Source: Myxococcota bacterium
Lineage (GTDB): Bacteria > Myxococcota_A > UBA9042 > PHBI01 > JAWLBL01
Direction of reading: 5' to 3'
DNA: 23,803 nucleotides
Assembly: GCA_041687695.1 (NCBI GenBank)
Contig: JAWLBL010000051.1
Span: 1 to 23,803 of the forward strand
Below, piece by piece: positions 15,764 through 23,803 of this stretch; positions within the stretch are counted from its first letter, which is position 1; each line of letters opens with the position of its first letter. The notes under the pieces are model-generated. The model searched no databases, was not told where the DNA came from, and saw only the letters and a program-made list of their open reading frames with translations. The position numbers and the translations under genes are program-made.

Positions 15764-16717
15764 ATGCACGCCACCCTTCCCGGCGTCCGTGGGCGCGCCC
15801 CAGGGTACGACGGGGCGCGTCTCGCGCTCGTCGCGGCCTTGGCGGCCGCGCTCGTGGGCCTCGGCTGCGAGCGCATCGTCCAGTCGACCCTGCACGAGCC
15901 GCCTACCGCCCAGGTCGGCGGGGCCAAGGCCGGCATCTCCTTGAAGCGCGCCATCGAGCGCTGCGCGGGCGGCGACGCGGGCGCCTGTAGCCAGGCCTGC
16001 GATGGCGGCCACGTCATGAGCTGCGCGCGCCGCGCGACCGGCATGTTCCACGAGGACCAGACGGTCCGGGCCGACAAGCTGACCGCGGCCTGCGAGGCCG
16101 GCGAGGGCGCGGCCTGCCTGAAGGCCGGCCAGATGTACGAGCACGGCGACGGCGTGACCGCCGACGAGCCGCGGGCGACGGTCCTGTACGAGAAGGGCTG
16201 CCGCGCCGACGTGCTCGCGGCCTGTCGGCACCTGGGCATGGCGCTGGCCGCGAAGACGAGCGACGCGGTGGCGCAGGAGAAGGCGCGCAGTGTGTTCCTG
16301 CAGGCGTGCCGGTCGTCCGATCCCGACAGCTGCGAGCAGGCCGCGACGATGCTGGTGCGCGGCATCGGCGGCCGCCCCGACCTCGATCGCGGGGCGGCGC
16401 TGCTCTTGCGCGGCTGCAGCCTGGGCGCGCCGAGCGCTTGTGTGACGCTGGCCGAGTGGCACGCCGCCGGCAAGCCCGTGCGCAAGGACCCCGAACGCGC
16501 GGTGCTCCTGCTCGAGCAGGCCTGCGGGATGAACCACGTCGAGGCCTGCCTCACCGCGGCCACCTGGCTCGAGCGCGGCGCGCACGAGGCGCCCGTCGAC
16601 GCCGCGCGGGCGGTGCGGCTCCTCGAGCAGGCCTGCGACCACGGCGACGCGACCGGCTGCGAGCGCGCCGGCCTGGCCAGCGAGGCGGGCGTTGGCGGTA
16701 CGACGAGCCGGCCGTAG
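15764..16717 (+). CDS. Cys-rich Sel1-like-repeat protein, probable lipoprotein
   Basis: AGGAG RBS, hydrophobic stretch ending GLG-C, repeated AC..G....C..(L/A)......G.G...D..RA..L...AC. Confidence 0.88.
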   Translation: MHATLPGVRGRAPGYDGARLALVAALAAALVGLGCERIVQSTLHEPPTAQVGGAKAGISLKRAIERCAGGDAGACSQACDGGHVMSCARRATGMFHEDQTVRADKLTAACEAGEGAACLKAGQMYEHGDGVTADEPRATVLYEKGCRADVLAACRHLGMALAAKTSDAVAQEKARSVFLQACRSSDPDSCEQAATMLVRGIGGRPDLDRGAALLLRGCSLGAPSACVTLAEWHAAGKPVRKDPERAVLLLEQACGMNHVEACLTAATWLERGAHEAPVDAARAVRLLEQACDHGDATGCERAGLASEAGVGGTTSRP

Positions 16718-16826
16718 GGACGACGCCACGGAGATGCGGTGCTAGCCCCGTCCGCAGTCGGACGTCGCGAGACATGCAGGTCAGTTGCAGAGACTGCTCT
16801 GCGGGCGGAGAGGGCGCGGAAACACG

Positions 16827-16867
16827 CCAGCCGGCGAGGGCCCTCGTGAGGGCACCTCGCCGGCTGG
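16827..16867 (-). terminator. Long hairpin, probable intrinsic terminator of the giant - strand gene
   Basis: CCAGCCGGCGAGG (16827-16839) pairs with CCTCGCCGGCTGG (16855-16867), with inner stem GCCCTC/GAGGGC. It lies 25 nt past the TAA and is followed on the - strand by CGTGTTT. Confidence 0.7.
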
Positions 16868-16892
16868 GCGGGTCACGACGGCGGCTGTGGTG

Positions 16893-19800
16893 TTATGGCT
16901 CGAACACGGCGAGCCGACTGCGGCTCTGGCCGCCGACGGTGGTGAAGTCTCCGCCGACGTAGATCGTCCCGTGGCTCGCGGTCAGCGTGCGGACCAGCGA
17001 GTTGAGGTTGGGGTTCCAGGGGCTGAGCTCGCCGGTGGTGGCGTCGACGGCGGCGAGGCGGGCGCGGGTCTGACCACCGACGTTCGTGAAGAGTCCGCCA
17101 ACGAAGACGTGTGTGCCGCTCGTCACGAGCGCGAGGACCTGTCCGCTCGCGTTGGGGTTCCAATCGGTGAGCGAGCCGGTGGCGGCGTCGAAGGCGGCGA
17201 GGCGGTTGCGGGTGAGGCCGCCGATGGTGGTGAACGATCCGCCGGCGTAGACGACGCCTTTTCTCAGCACCAGCGCCTCGACTCCGGCGCTCGCGTTGGG
17301 GTCCCAGTCGGTGACCTGGCCCGTGGCGGCGTCGAGGGCGGCGATGCTGTTGCGCGTCGCCCCGTCGACGGTGGTGAAGTTGCCGCCGATGTAGACCAGG
17401 CCGTCGCTCGGCGCGATCGCGCGGACGATGGCGTCCGCGCTGGGGTTCCAGTCGGTGAGTTGGTTGGTGGCGGTGTCGAACGCGGCGAGTCGGGTGCGCG
17501 TCTGACCACCGACGCTGGTGAAGTTGCCGCCGGCGTAGAGCAGCCCGTCGGCCACCTTCAGCGTGCGCACGGTGTTGTCCACGTTGGGGCTCCAGTCGGT
17601 GAGCGCGCCGGTGGCGAGGTCGAAGGCGACGAGGCGGTTGCGGTTCTGGCCGGCGATGTTGGTGAAGTCGCCTCCAACGAAGAGCAATCCGTCATGCACC
17701 GCGAGCGAGTAGACGACGCCGTTGGGTGCTGGGTTCCAGGAGGTGAGCGCGCCAGTGGGGATGTCGAACGCGGCGAGTCGGCCGGCGAAGAACCCAGCGA
17801 CATAGAGCGTGTCGCCGGCGACCGCGGTCGCGTACACGCTATTGTTGAGCGGCCAGGAGTCTTCGCGGGAGATGTCGGAGGGGAGCTCGGTGCAGTCCTC
17901 CGCGCCGGGGTTCTCTGGGTTCGAGCACAGGCCGGTCGCCGGGTCACATACGCCGACGTCGTGGCACGCGTCGAGTGCGGTGCAGACGACGGGGCTCGAG
18001 CCGACGCAGGCGCCCGCGCCGTCGCACATGTCGTCCAGGGTGCAGGCGTCGCCGTCGTCGCAGCTGGTGGTCGCGTGCACCGGCGTGCAGGTATCCGGGC
18101 CGGAGGGGATGTAGCTGGTGCACTGCGTGTCCTCTGGGCAGACGACCGACGTGACGACACAGGCGGTGCCGTCATCGTAGGTGCCGACCGGACAGACGCA
18201 GGTGTAGTCCTCGCCATCGGGCACACACGTCTGGTAGCCGCAGGGATGCGTGGTTGCCGCGAAGGTCCCGAGGGGGAACGGGTTGGGGCACTCGCTGTTC
18301 GCCCAGCAGGCCCCGAAGCCGTTGACGGAGGGGCCCCGGATCTCCCACTGCTCGGCCGCGAAGACGGCGCTCGGGCCCGCGGTCGCGAGGTCGCGGTAGG
18401 CCCAGCCCGACTGATAGTCCCATGCGGTGCCCTGGGCCGACGTCCCGGGCACACCGAAGGTGTCGATGACCTCGTTCTGGGCGGTCGCGAGGACGAAGGC
18501 GACGTAGCCGCCGAACTGCGCCGGGAAGTTCGAGATCACCCCGTCGGGGGGCTCGCCGAAGAAGGCGCCGAAGCTGTTGGAGTTGGTCGCCATGACGACG
18601 TGCGACCCGGCCGACAGCGGCCCGGACGGCAGCATGAAGGCCTCACTTCCGTGAGACGCGACCCACTGCATCCGGTAGACACCGAGGTCCGGGATGTCGC
18701 GCGCGGCGTACAGCTCGACGGCCGTGAAGCCGCCGGCCGGGCTCGTGCGGTGCGCGACGCCGCTGATGATGAGGTCGAAGTCCGGGTCGATAGCGCACGG
18801 GTCGACGGGCTCGGGGACGAAGGTGCAGGCGCTGCCGTCCGCCTCGAGCGCGTAGCCGGCTTCGCACTCGAAGCACGTCGCATCGTCGGCCGTCGTGCAA
18901 AGGACGTCGGTGCAGGAGGCGATGGGCGCGCAGGCGATGCAGGTCGTGCCGCCGTCGAAGGTGCCGTCGGGGCAGCTGCAGGTGTAGCCGTCGCCCACGA
19001 CGTTGCAGGTGCCCATCCCGCAAGGGTTGGCGTCGGCGCCGTAGGTGCCGATGGGGAAGGGCAGGGCGCAGGTCGCGTTGTCCTGGCACTCGCTGAGCGC
19101 GTCCTGACCCGAGACGTTCCAGTGTCCCAGCTCGAAGGTCGTGCTCGGCCCGGACGTGGCGCCGAAATCGCGCTGGGCCCAGCCCTGGAAGTAGGCCCAG
19201 GGGCCCGGATCGAAGCTGCCGACCTCGCCGAAGACGTCGACCGGGAGGAGGCTCTGGCCGTCGAGGGTGCCCAGCATCACCGCGGACATGCCACCGGCCG
19301 AATACAGCTCGAACACGCCGTCGGGCGGGCCGCCGAAGAAGGCCTCGTAGGCAGCCGCGTTGCTGGCCATCACGAGCCGCGCGCCAGCCTCGAGGGCGAC
19401 CGGCGGCAGCGCGGAGGCCGGGCTGAAGCCATCGGCGCTCGAGACGCCGTAGACCGAGGCGTCAGCGACGTCGCGACCCGCGTACAGCTCGATGACGGTC
19501 ACCTCGCCGATCATGGTCAGAGCATGGGCCACGCCCGAGATGACCAGGTCGTAGTCGGCGAGCGGCGGGCCGTCGCAGGGGCCGCGCACGCACGCCGTGG
19601 CGCCGACGTTTGCCTGGTAGCCAGCGGCGCAGGTGTCGCAGGTCACGCTGCCGTCGGCCGCGCAGGTCTGCGCCTCACAGTGCGGGATGACCGCGCAGGT
19701 GGTGCACGTCAGCCCATCGAAGTAGGTGCCGGTGGGGCAGTCGCAGGTGTAGAGGTTGTCCACGGGAGCGCACGTCCCGGGGCCGCACGGGTTGCCACCG

Positions 19801-22800
19801 CCGGCGCCGATCGCGAAGGCGCGGCCGGGATACGGGGTGGCGCAGAACATGAACGGCCCGCACTCGGCGAGCGCCCAGGGACCCGGCACCATCCATTCAC
19901 CAGGCTGGAAGTCTCCGTCGCCAGAGACCTCGACGCCCTCGAGACGGTAGGCCCAGCTGTGCTCGTAGCCCCACGTCGAGAGATCGAGCGAAGCGTCGCC
20001 GTAGGCGTCGAGGCTGGCGCCACCGGGGGCGAGCAGGGTCACGACCGTGGTCCCGTCGAGCCAGTCGTTCGCCAAGAAGCTGGCGTCCGGCTGGGAGTCC
20101 GGCTGGTCCATGAAGTAGTCGCCGTACGCGACCTCGTCGCTGGTGACGACCACGTGGGTGCCCGCGAGCAGCGGGCCGGCCGGGAGGCTCACGGTCGTGG
20201 GCTGGCCAGCGCTCGGCGTCAGCGTGAGGCTGTACCCGGCGAGCTCCGCGATGTCCTTCATGGCGAAGACCTCGACGACCTGGAAGGGTTCGCCCCATTG
20301 GATGTTGGCGACGCCGCTGATGATCAGCGCGGGGCCGTCCTCGTTGCAGGGGTCGGTGTCGGCGACGCAGAGGTCGCCGTCGGCCTCATAGCCGACCGCG
20401 CAAGGGCAGGTGCGGCCTTCGGGACCACTGGGGCCGCCGATCACGTCCACACACGTGGCGTTCGGGTCGGTGCAGGGGTTCGCGACGCAGGCGTCGACGT
20501 CCTCACAGGCCTTGCCGTCGGCGCTGGGGGTGAAGCCGTCTTCGCACACCTGGCAGGTGACGCCGGTGGCGCCGCAGGTCGAGGCGACGCAGCTCGGGAT
20601 CGGCTGGCAAGCGGCGCAGGTCGCCCCGTCGTCGTAGAAGCCCTCGGGGCAATCGCAGGTGTAGTCGGGGCCGTCCTCGGTGCAGGTGCCGACGCCGCAC
20701 GGGCCGGTCGGGACCGTGAAGGTGCCGAGCGGGAAGGGCGAACCGCACTGGCTGTTCGACCAGCACCCCATGAGCGCGTTCGGCGAGATCTGCCAGTCGG
20801 CCGCGTCGAAGTCGGGGTCGCTACCGATGGCCACGCCGGGCGCGCGGTAGGCCCAGCCGTTCGTGTAGGTCCAGGCCGCGCCGTACGCATTCGCGGCCTG
20901 CGGGTCTCCGTAGACGCTCGCTTCGTCGGGGTTGCCCAGCGAGACGCCGGCGCGGCCGGAGATCGCGGAGACGGGGATGACGCCGTCGGCCTGCGTGCCG
21001 AAGAAGGCGAAGAACGCGTCCGAGTCGTTGGTCAGGACGACCTGAGCGCCCTTGGCCAGGGACGCGATGGGGAACGCAGTGCCCATCCCGCCGACGACCA
21101 GCTCGTAGCTTGCCGTGTTGGGGACGTCCCGGCCCGCGGTGACCTCGATCGCGAACAGACCGAGGCTCGGGGCGCTCATGACGCCCGTCAGCGCCAGGCC
21201 GAAGCCCGCGTCGGGCGCGTCGCACGGCCCCGGGGCGCGGCAGGCGTCGCCGTCGAGGACGAGGTCTTCGGGGCACGAGCAGGTGCGTCCGTCGGCGGCG
21301 TCGGGTCCGCCGGCGACGTCGGTGCAGGTCGCGTCGGTGCCGCAGGGGGAGCCGACGCAGGCGTCGATGTCGTCACAGGCCGTGGCGTCGCCGTCGAGCG
21401 CGAAGCCGTCGGCGCAGACGGTGCAGGTGACGTCGCCATTGGCGTCGCAGGTCTGCACGTCGCAGTGCGCGATGACGGCGCAGGCGGCGCAGGTGAGGCC
21501 GTCGAACCAGGTCTCGCTGGGGCACGCGCAGCTGTAGAGGTTCTCGATGGGCGTGCAAGCGCCCGCCCCGCAGGGGTTGGGGTTGGCGCCGACGTAGCTG
21601 CCGAAGGGGAGCTCCTGCTGAGAGGTGTACGCGCTGATCTGCCACGCGTCCGCCTGGAAGGTTCCGTCGGGGTAGGTCCCGGACGTGCGACTCGCCCATC
21701 CGTCCGAGTAGCTCCAGAAGGCGGGCTCGGTCATCGAGGAGCCGTAGGCATCGATGACGGACAGGCCATCGTCGAGGAGCTCGATGACGGTGTTGCCGTC
21801 AGGGCTGAACGACAGGTCCACGGCCAGGTCGGGTGCTGTGCCGAAGAGCATGGAGAACATGGTGGCGTCGGTGGCGATCGTGACGCTCTCGCCGGCTTGC
21901 ATGGCGACGGCCGGGAGGAGGCCGAGATCGTTCTCTTCCGACAGGGCGCCGTAGAAGCCGAGCGCGTAGGCGGACAGATCCGGAATCGCGGCGAGGGCGT
22001 GTAGCTCGACGGCGACCACCCCGCCGCCAAAGAAGTAGCTGGCGTGGCGGACGCCGCTGATGAGCAGCGGGACGGCGTCCTCGTTGCACGGATCGGTGTC
22101 GGCGACGCAGGTCTCGCCGTCGCCGACGTAGCCCAGGTCGCAGACACATTCACGGCCGCTGGCGTCGTCGGGCCCGCCCGCGAGGTCGGAGCAGGTCGCG
22201 TGGGCCGAGGCACACGGGGCGTCGACGCAGGCGTCGACGTCGGCGCACGTGCCGTCAACGTCGAGCTCGTAGCCCGAGGCGCAGACGGTGCAGGTCAGGC
22301 TGCCGTCGGAGCCGCAAGTCTGGACCTCGCAGCCCGGCATGACCCCGCAGGCCTCGCAGGTCTCGCCGTTGTCCCAGGTGCCTTCGGGGCAGTCACAGGC
22401 GAAGTCCTCGAGGCCGACGACGGTGCAGGTGCCGAGGCCGCAGCGGTCGGTCGACGGCTCGAAGGTCCCGAGAGGGAAGGGGGTCGGGCAGCTCGCGGCG
22501 GTGTCGCAGCCCACGAGGACGCCGGGCTGGATGTTCCACTCGGACGCGTGGAACTGACCGTCCGCGGTGACCGGCGTATCGGCGGCACGGTAGGCCCAGC
22601 CGTTGGCGTAGTCCCAGCTGGAGTCGGGGGTGCCGAGCGTGCCGTAGGCATCGACCTCGTTCCAGTCGGGGCCCAGGAGGCGCACGCTGGAGCCGGGCGT
22701 GGCGCTCAGTGGGAGGTAGGTGGCGCTCTCGCCGAAGAAGGCCAAGAAGGCTTGGGGGTCGGTGGCCATGACGAGCCGCTCGCCAGCGACGAGGGGCGGC

Positions 22801-23803
22801 GACATGATGGAGTACGACTGCCAGTCACTCACGGCGATGGTGTAGCGGCTGGGATCTTCGATGTCCTGGGCGGCGTAGAGCTCGACGACCAGGAAGGATG
22901 CGTCGTAGAGGTCGACGTGGGCGACGCCGGTGAGGACGAGCGCGTAGTCCGGGGGGACGGGAGCGCATGGGTCGAAGGGAGCGCATGTCTCGCCGTCGCC
23001 CTCGAAGCCCGGGTCGCAGGCGCAGGTGCGGCCGTCGGGACCGTACGGCGCCGGTGCCGCGAGGTCGGTGCAGGTCGCGTTGGGGGCGCACGGGTGGTCG
23101 ACGCAGGCGTCGATGTCCTCGCACGTGGCGTAGTCCTCGGAGACGTCATGGCCCGCCTCGCACACGGCGCAGAGCGCGTCGGTGGCGTCGCAGACGACCA
23201 GGGTGCAGTGGTCGATCGAGGGGCAGCCGGCGCAGGTCGTCCCGTCGAAGTAGGTCCCGTCGGGGCAGTCGCAGAAGTAGGTGCCGTCGCCGACCTCTTC
23301 GCAGTTGCCGTCGCCGCACGGGGCGCCGTCACAGGCGGCCGGCGTGCAGTCACCCGGCTCGCCGGTGCCCGCGAACCCTGTGTTGCACACGCAGGTGCGG
23401 CCGTCAGGGCCGTTCGGCGCCGGGGGGGCGAGGTCGGTGCAGGTCGCGTTGGCGTCGCACGCGTGGTCCGCGCAGGCGTCGACGTTCTGGCAGGTCGACC
23501 CGTCGGCGCTCGGCGCGTAGCCGGCCTCGCAGCTGTCGCAGACGCTGGCGGAGCCGTCGGCGGCGCAGGTGACGGCGCCGTCGCAGTGGGCGACGTCGGG
23601 GCAGGCCGCGCAGGTGTCGCCGAAGAAGCCGGGCTCGCAGCTGTCGCAGACGCTGGCGGAGCCGTCGGCGGCGCAGGTGACGGCGCCGTCGCAGTGGGCG
23701 ACGTCGGGGCAGGCCGCGCAGGTGTCGCCGAAGAAGCCGGGCTCGCAGCTGTCGCAGACGCTGGCGGAGCCGTCGGCGGCGCAGGTGACGGCGCCGTCGC
23801 AGT
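16893..23803 (-). CDS. Giant secreted Cys-rich modular protein, 5'-partial (>2300 aa): CxxC repeats, EGF-like domains, six lamin-tail-like domains, C-terminal 7-bladed beta-propeller
   Basis: The frame of the 2165-aa track ORF stays open past 23390 to the window end (..ACDANATCTDLAPPAPNGPDGRTC-VCNTG), so GTG 23390 is an internal Val. Domain periodicity is clear. Stop TAA at 16893-16895. Confidence 0.93.
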   Translation of the reverse strand, partial: CDGAVTCAADGSASVCDSCEPGFFGDTCAACPDVAHCDGAVTCAADGSASVCDSCEPGFFGDTCAACPDVAHCDGAVTCAADGSASVCDSCEAGYAPSADGSTCQNVDACADHACDANATCTDLAPPAPNGPDGRTCVCNTGFAGTGEPGDCTPAACDGAPCGDGNCEEVGDGTYFCDCPDGTYFDGTTCAGCPSIDHCTLVVCDATDALCAVCEAGHDVSEDYATCEDIDACVDHPCAPNATCTDLAAPAPYGPDGRTCACDPGFEGDGETCAPFDPCAPVPPDYALVLTGVAHVDLYDASFLVVELYAAQDIEDPSRYTIAVSDWQSYSIMSPPLVAGERLVMATDPQAFLAFFGESATYLPLSATPGSSVRLLGPDWNEVDAYGTLGTPDSSWDYANGWAYRAADTPVTADGQFHASEWNIQPGVLVGCDTAASCPTPFPLGTFEPSTDRCGLGTCTVVGLEDFACDCPEGTWDNGETCEACGVMPGCEVQTCGSDGSLTCTVCASGYELDVDGTCADVDACVDAPCASAHATCSDLAGGPDDASGRECVCDLGYVGDGETCVADTDPCNEDAVPLLISGVRHASYFFGGGVVAVELHALAAIPDLSAYALGFYGALSEENDLGLLPAVAMQAGESVTIATDATMFSMLFGTAPDLAVDLSFSPDGNTVIELLDDGLSVIDAYGSSMTEPAFWSYSDGWASRTSGTYPDGTFQADAWQISAYTSQQELPFGSYVGANPNPCGAGACTPIENLYSCACPSETWFDGLTCAACAVIAHCDVQTCDANGDVTCTVCADGFALDGDATACDDIDACVGSPCGTDATCTDVAGGPDAADGRTCSCPEDLVLDGDACRAPGPCDAPDAGFGLALTGVMSAPSLGLFAIEVTAGRDVPNTASYELVVGGMGTAFPIASLAKGAQVVLTNDSDAFFAFFGTQADGVIPVSAISGRAGVSLGNPDEASVYGDPQAANAYGAAWTYTNGWAYRAPGVAIGSDPDFDAADWQISPNALMGCWSNSQCGSPFPLGTFTVPTGPCGVGTCTEDGPDYTCDCPEGFYDDGATCAACQPIPSCVASTCGATGVTCQVCEDGFTPSADGKACEDVDACVANPCTDPNATCVDVIGGPSGPEGRTCPCAVGYEADGDLCVADTDPCNEDGPALIISGVANIQWGEPFQVVEVFAMKDIAELAGYSLTLTPSAGQPTTVSLPAGPLLAGTHVVVTSDEVAYGDYFMDQPDSQPDASFLANDWLDGTTVVTLLAPGGASLDAYGDASLDLSTWGYEHSWAYRLEGVEVSGDGDFQPGEWMVPGPWALAECGPFMFCATPYPGRAFAIGAGGGNPCGPGTCAPVDNLYTCDCPTGTYFDGLTCTTCAVIPHCEAQTCAADGSVTCDTCAAGYQANVGATACVRGPCDGPPLADYDLVISGVAHALTMIGEVTVIELYAGRDVADASVYGVSSADGFSPASALPPVALEAGARLVMASNAAAYEAFFGGPPDGVFELYSAGGMSAVMLGTLDGQSLLPVDVFGEVGSFDPGPWAYFQGWAQRDFGATSGPSTTFELGHWNVSGQDALSECQDNATCALPFPIGTYGADANPCGMGTCNVVGDGYTCSCPDGTFDGGTTCIACAPIASCTDVLCTTADDATCFECEAGYALEADGSACTFVPEPVDPCAIDPDFDLIISGVAHRTSPAGGFTAVELYAARDIPDLGVYRMQWVASHGSEAFMLPSGPLSAGSHVVMATNSNSFGAFFGEPPDGVISNFPAQFGGYVAFVLATAQNEVIDTFGVPGTSAQGTAWDYQSGWAYRDLATAGPSAVFAAEQWEIRGPSVNGFGACWANSECPNPFPLGTFAATTHPCGYQTCVPDGEDYTCVCPVGTYDDGTACVVTSVVCPEDTQCTSYIPSGPDTCTPVHATTSCDDGDACTLDDMCDGAGACVGSSPVVCTALDACHDVGVCDPATGLCSNPENPGAEDCTELPSDISREDSWPLNNSVYATAVAGDTLYVAGFFAGRLAAFDIPTGALTSWNPAPNGVVYSLAVHDGLLFVGGDFTNIAGQNRNRLVAFDLATGALTDWSPNVDNTVRTLKVADGLLYAGGNFTSVGGQTRTRLAAFDTATNQLTDWNPSADAIVRAIAPSDGLVYIGGNFTTVDGATRNSIAALDAATGQVTDWDPNASAGVEALVLRKGVVYAGGSFTTIGGLTRNRLAAFDAATGSLTDWNPNASGQVLALVTSGTHVFVGGLFTNVGGQTRARLAAVDATTGELSPWNPNLNSLVRTLTASHGTIYVGGDFTTVGGQSRSRLAVFEP
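16896..17856 (-). repeat. Seven ~48-aa (144-bp) beta-propeller blade repeats
   Basis: W.P..NG.V..L....G.LY.GG.FT.VGG.TR.RLAAFD..TG.LT x7; the first blade is shortened. Confidence 0.9.
23526..23803 (-). repeat. Perfect 108-bp tandem repeat (>=2.5 copies, truncated by window end) encoding CEPGFFGDTCAACPDVAHCDGAVTCAADGSASVCDS
   Basis: Units start at 23526, 23634 and 23742 and read identically. Confidence 0.95.

Noticed and set aside
1971..16563. Long antisense or alternate-frame ORFs (e.g. 1971-4118, 6739-8235, 8388-10931, 11510-13105, 13119-14561, 14314-16563)
   Set aside because: Expected stop-poor shadows in high-GC DNA, overlapping genes with recognisable motifs and having none of their own.
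16785..22004. 1739-aa + strand ORF
   Set aside because: Antisense mirror of the giant gene; V/G/A/R-rich with periodicity inherited from the real strand.
23526..23803. Repeat array as CRISPR or mobile-element end
   Set aside because: Head-to-tail 108-bp units without spacers, in frame within a CDS; no cas or transposase genes in the window.

Overview
Very GC-rich bacterial DNA. Codon style, Cys-rich secreted proteins and lipoproteins suggest a Myxococcota/deltaproteobacterial genome (inference). Left to right: a probable gene 3' end; a small secreted Cys protein; a PlsC-like acyltransferase (-); then a translationally coupled + strand operon (2079-11693). The operon encodes a beta-helix-type lipoprotein, a six-gene Vibrio TonB2/Ttp-type energising system (DUF3450/TtpB, TtpC, ExbB, ExbD, TonB, TPR/TtpD) and a TonB-dependent receptor. 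It is preceded by five ~11-bp-spaced Pho-box-like half-sites, with a -10-like hexamer exactly 10 bp after the last one. Next come a three-repeat helical protein (-), an alpha/beta-hydrolase lipoprotein, a single-domain receiver, a PhoB/OmpR-type regulator with no kinase in the window, and a Cys-rich Sel1-repeat lipoprotein. The window ends in the 3' >6.9 kb of a giant (-) modular gene: identical 108-bp Cys repeats, EGF-like linkers, six lamin-tail-like domains and a 7-bladed beta-propeller. The two strongest leads are a putative phosphate-starvation TonB import system and the giant modular surface protein. All family calls come from motif recognition by eye; no searches were run.
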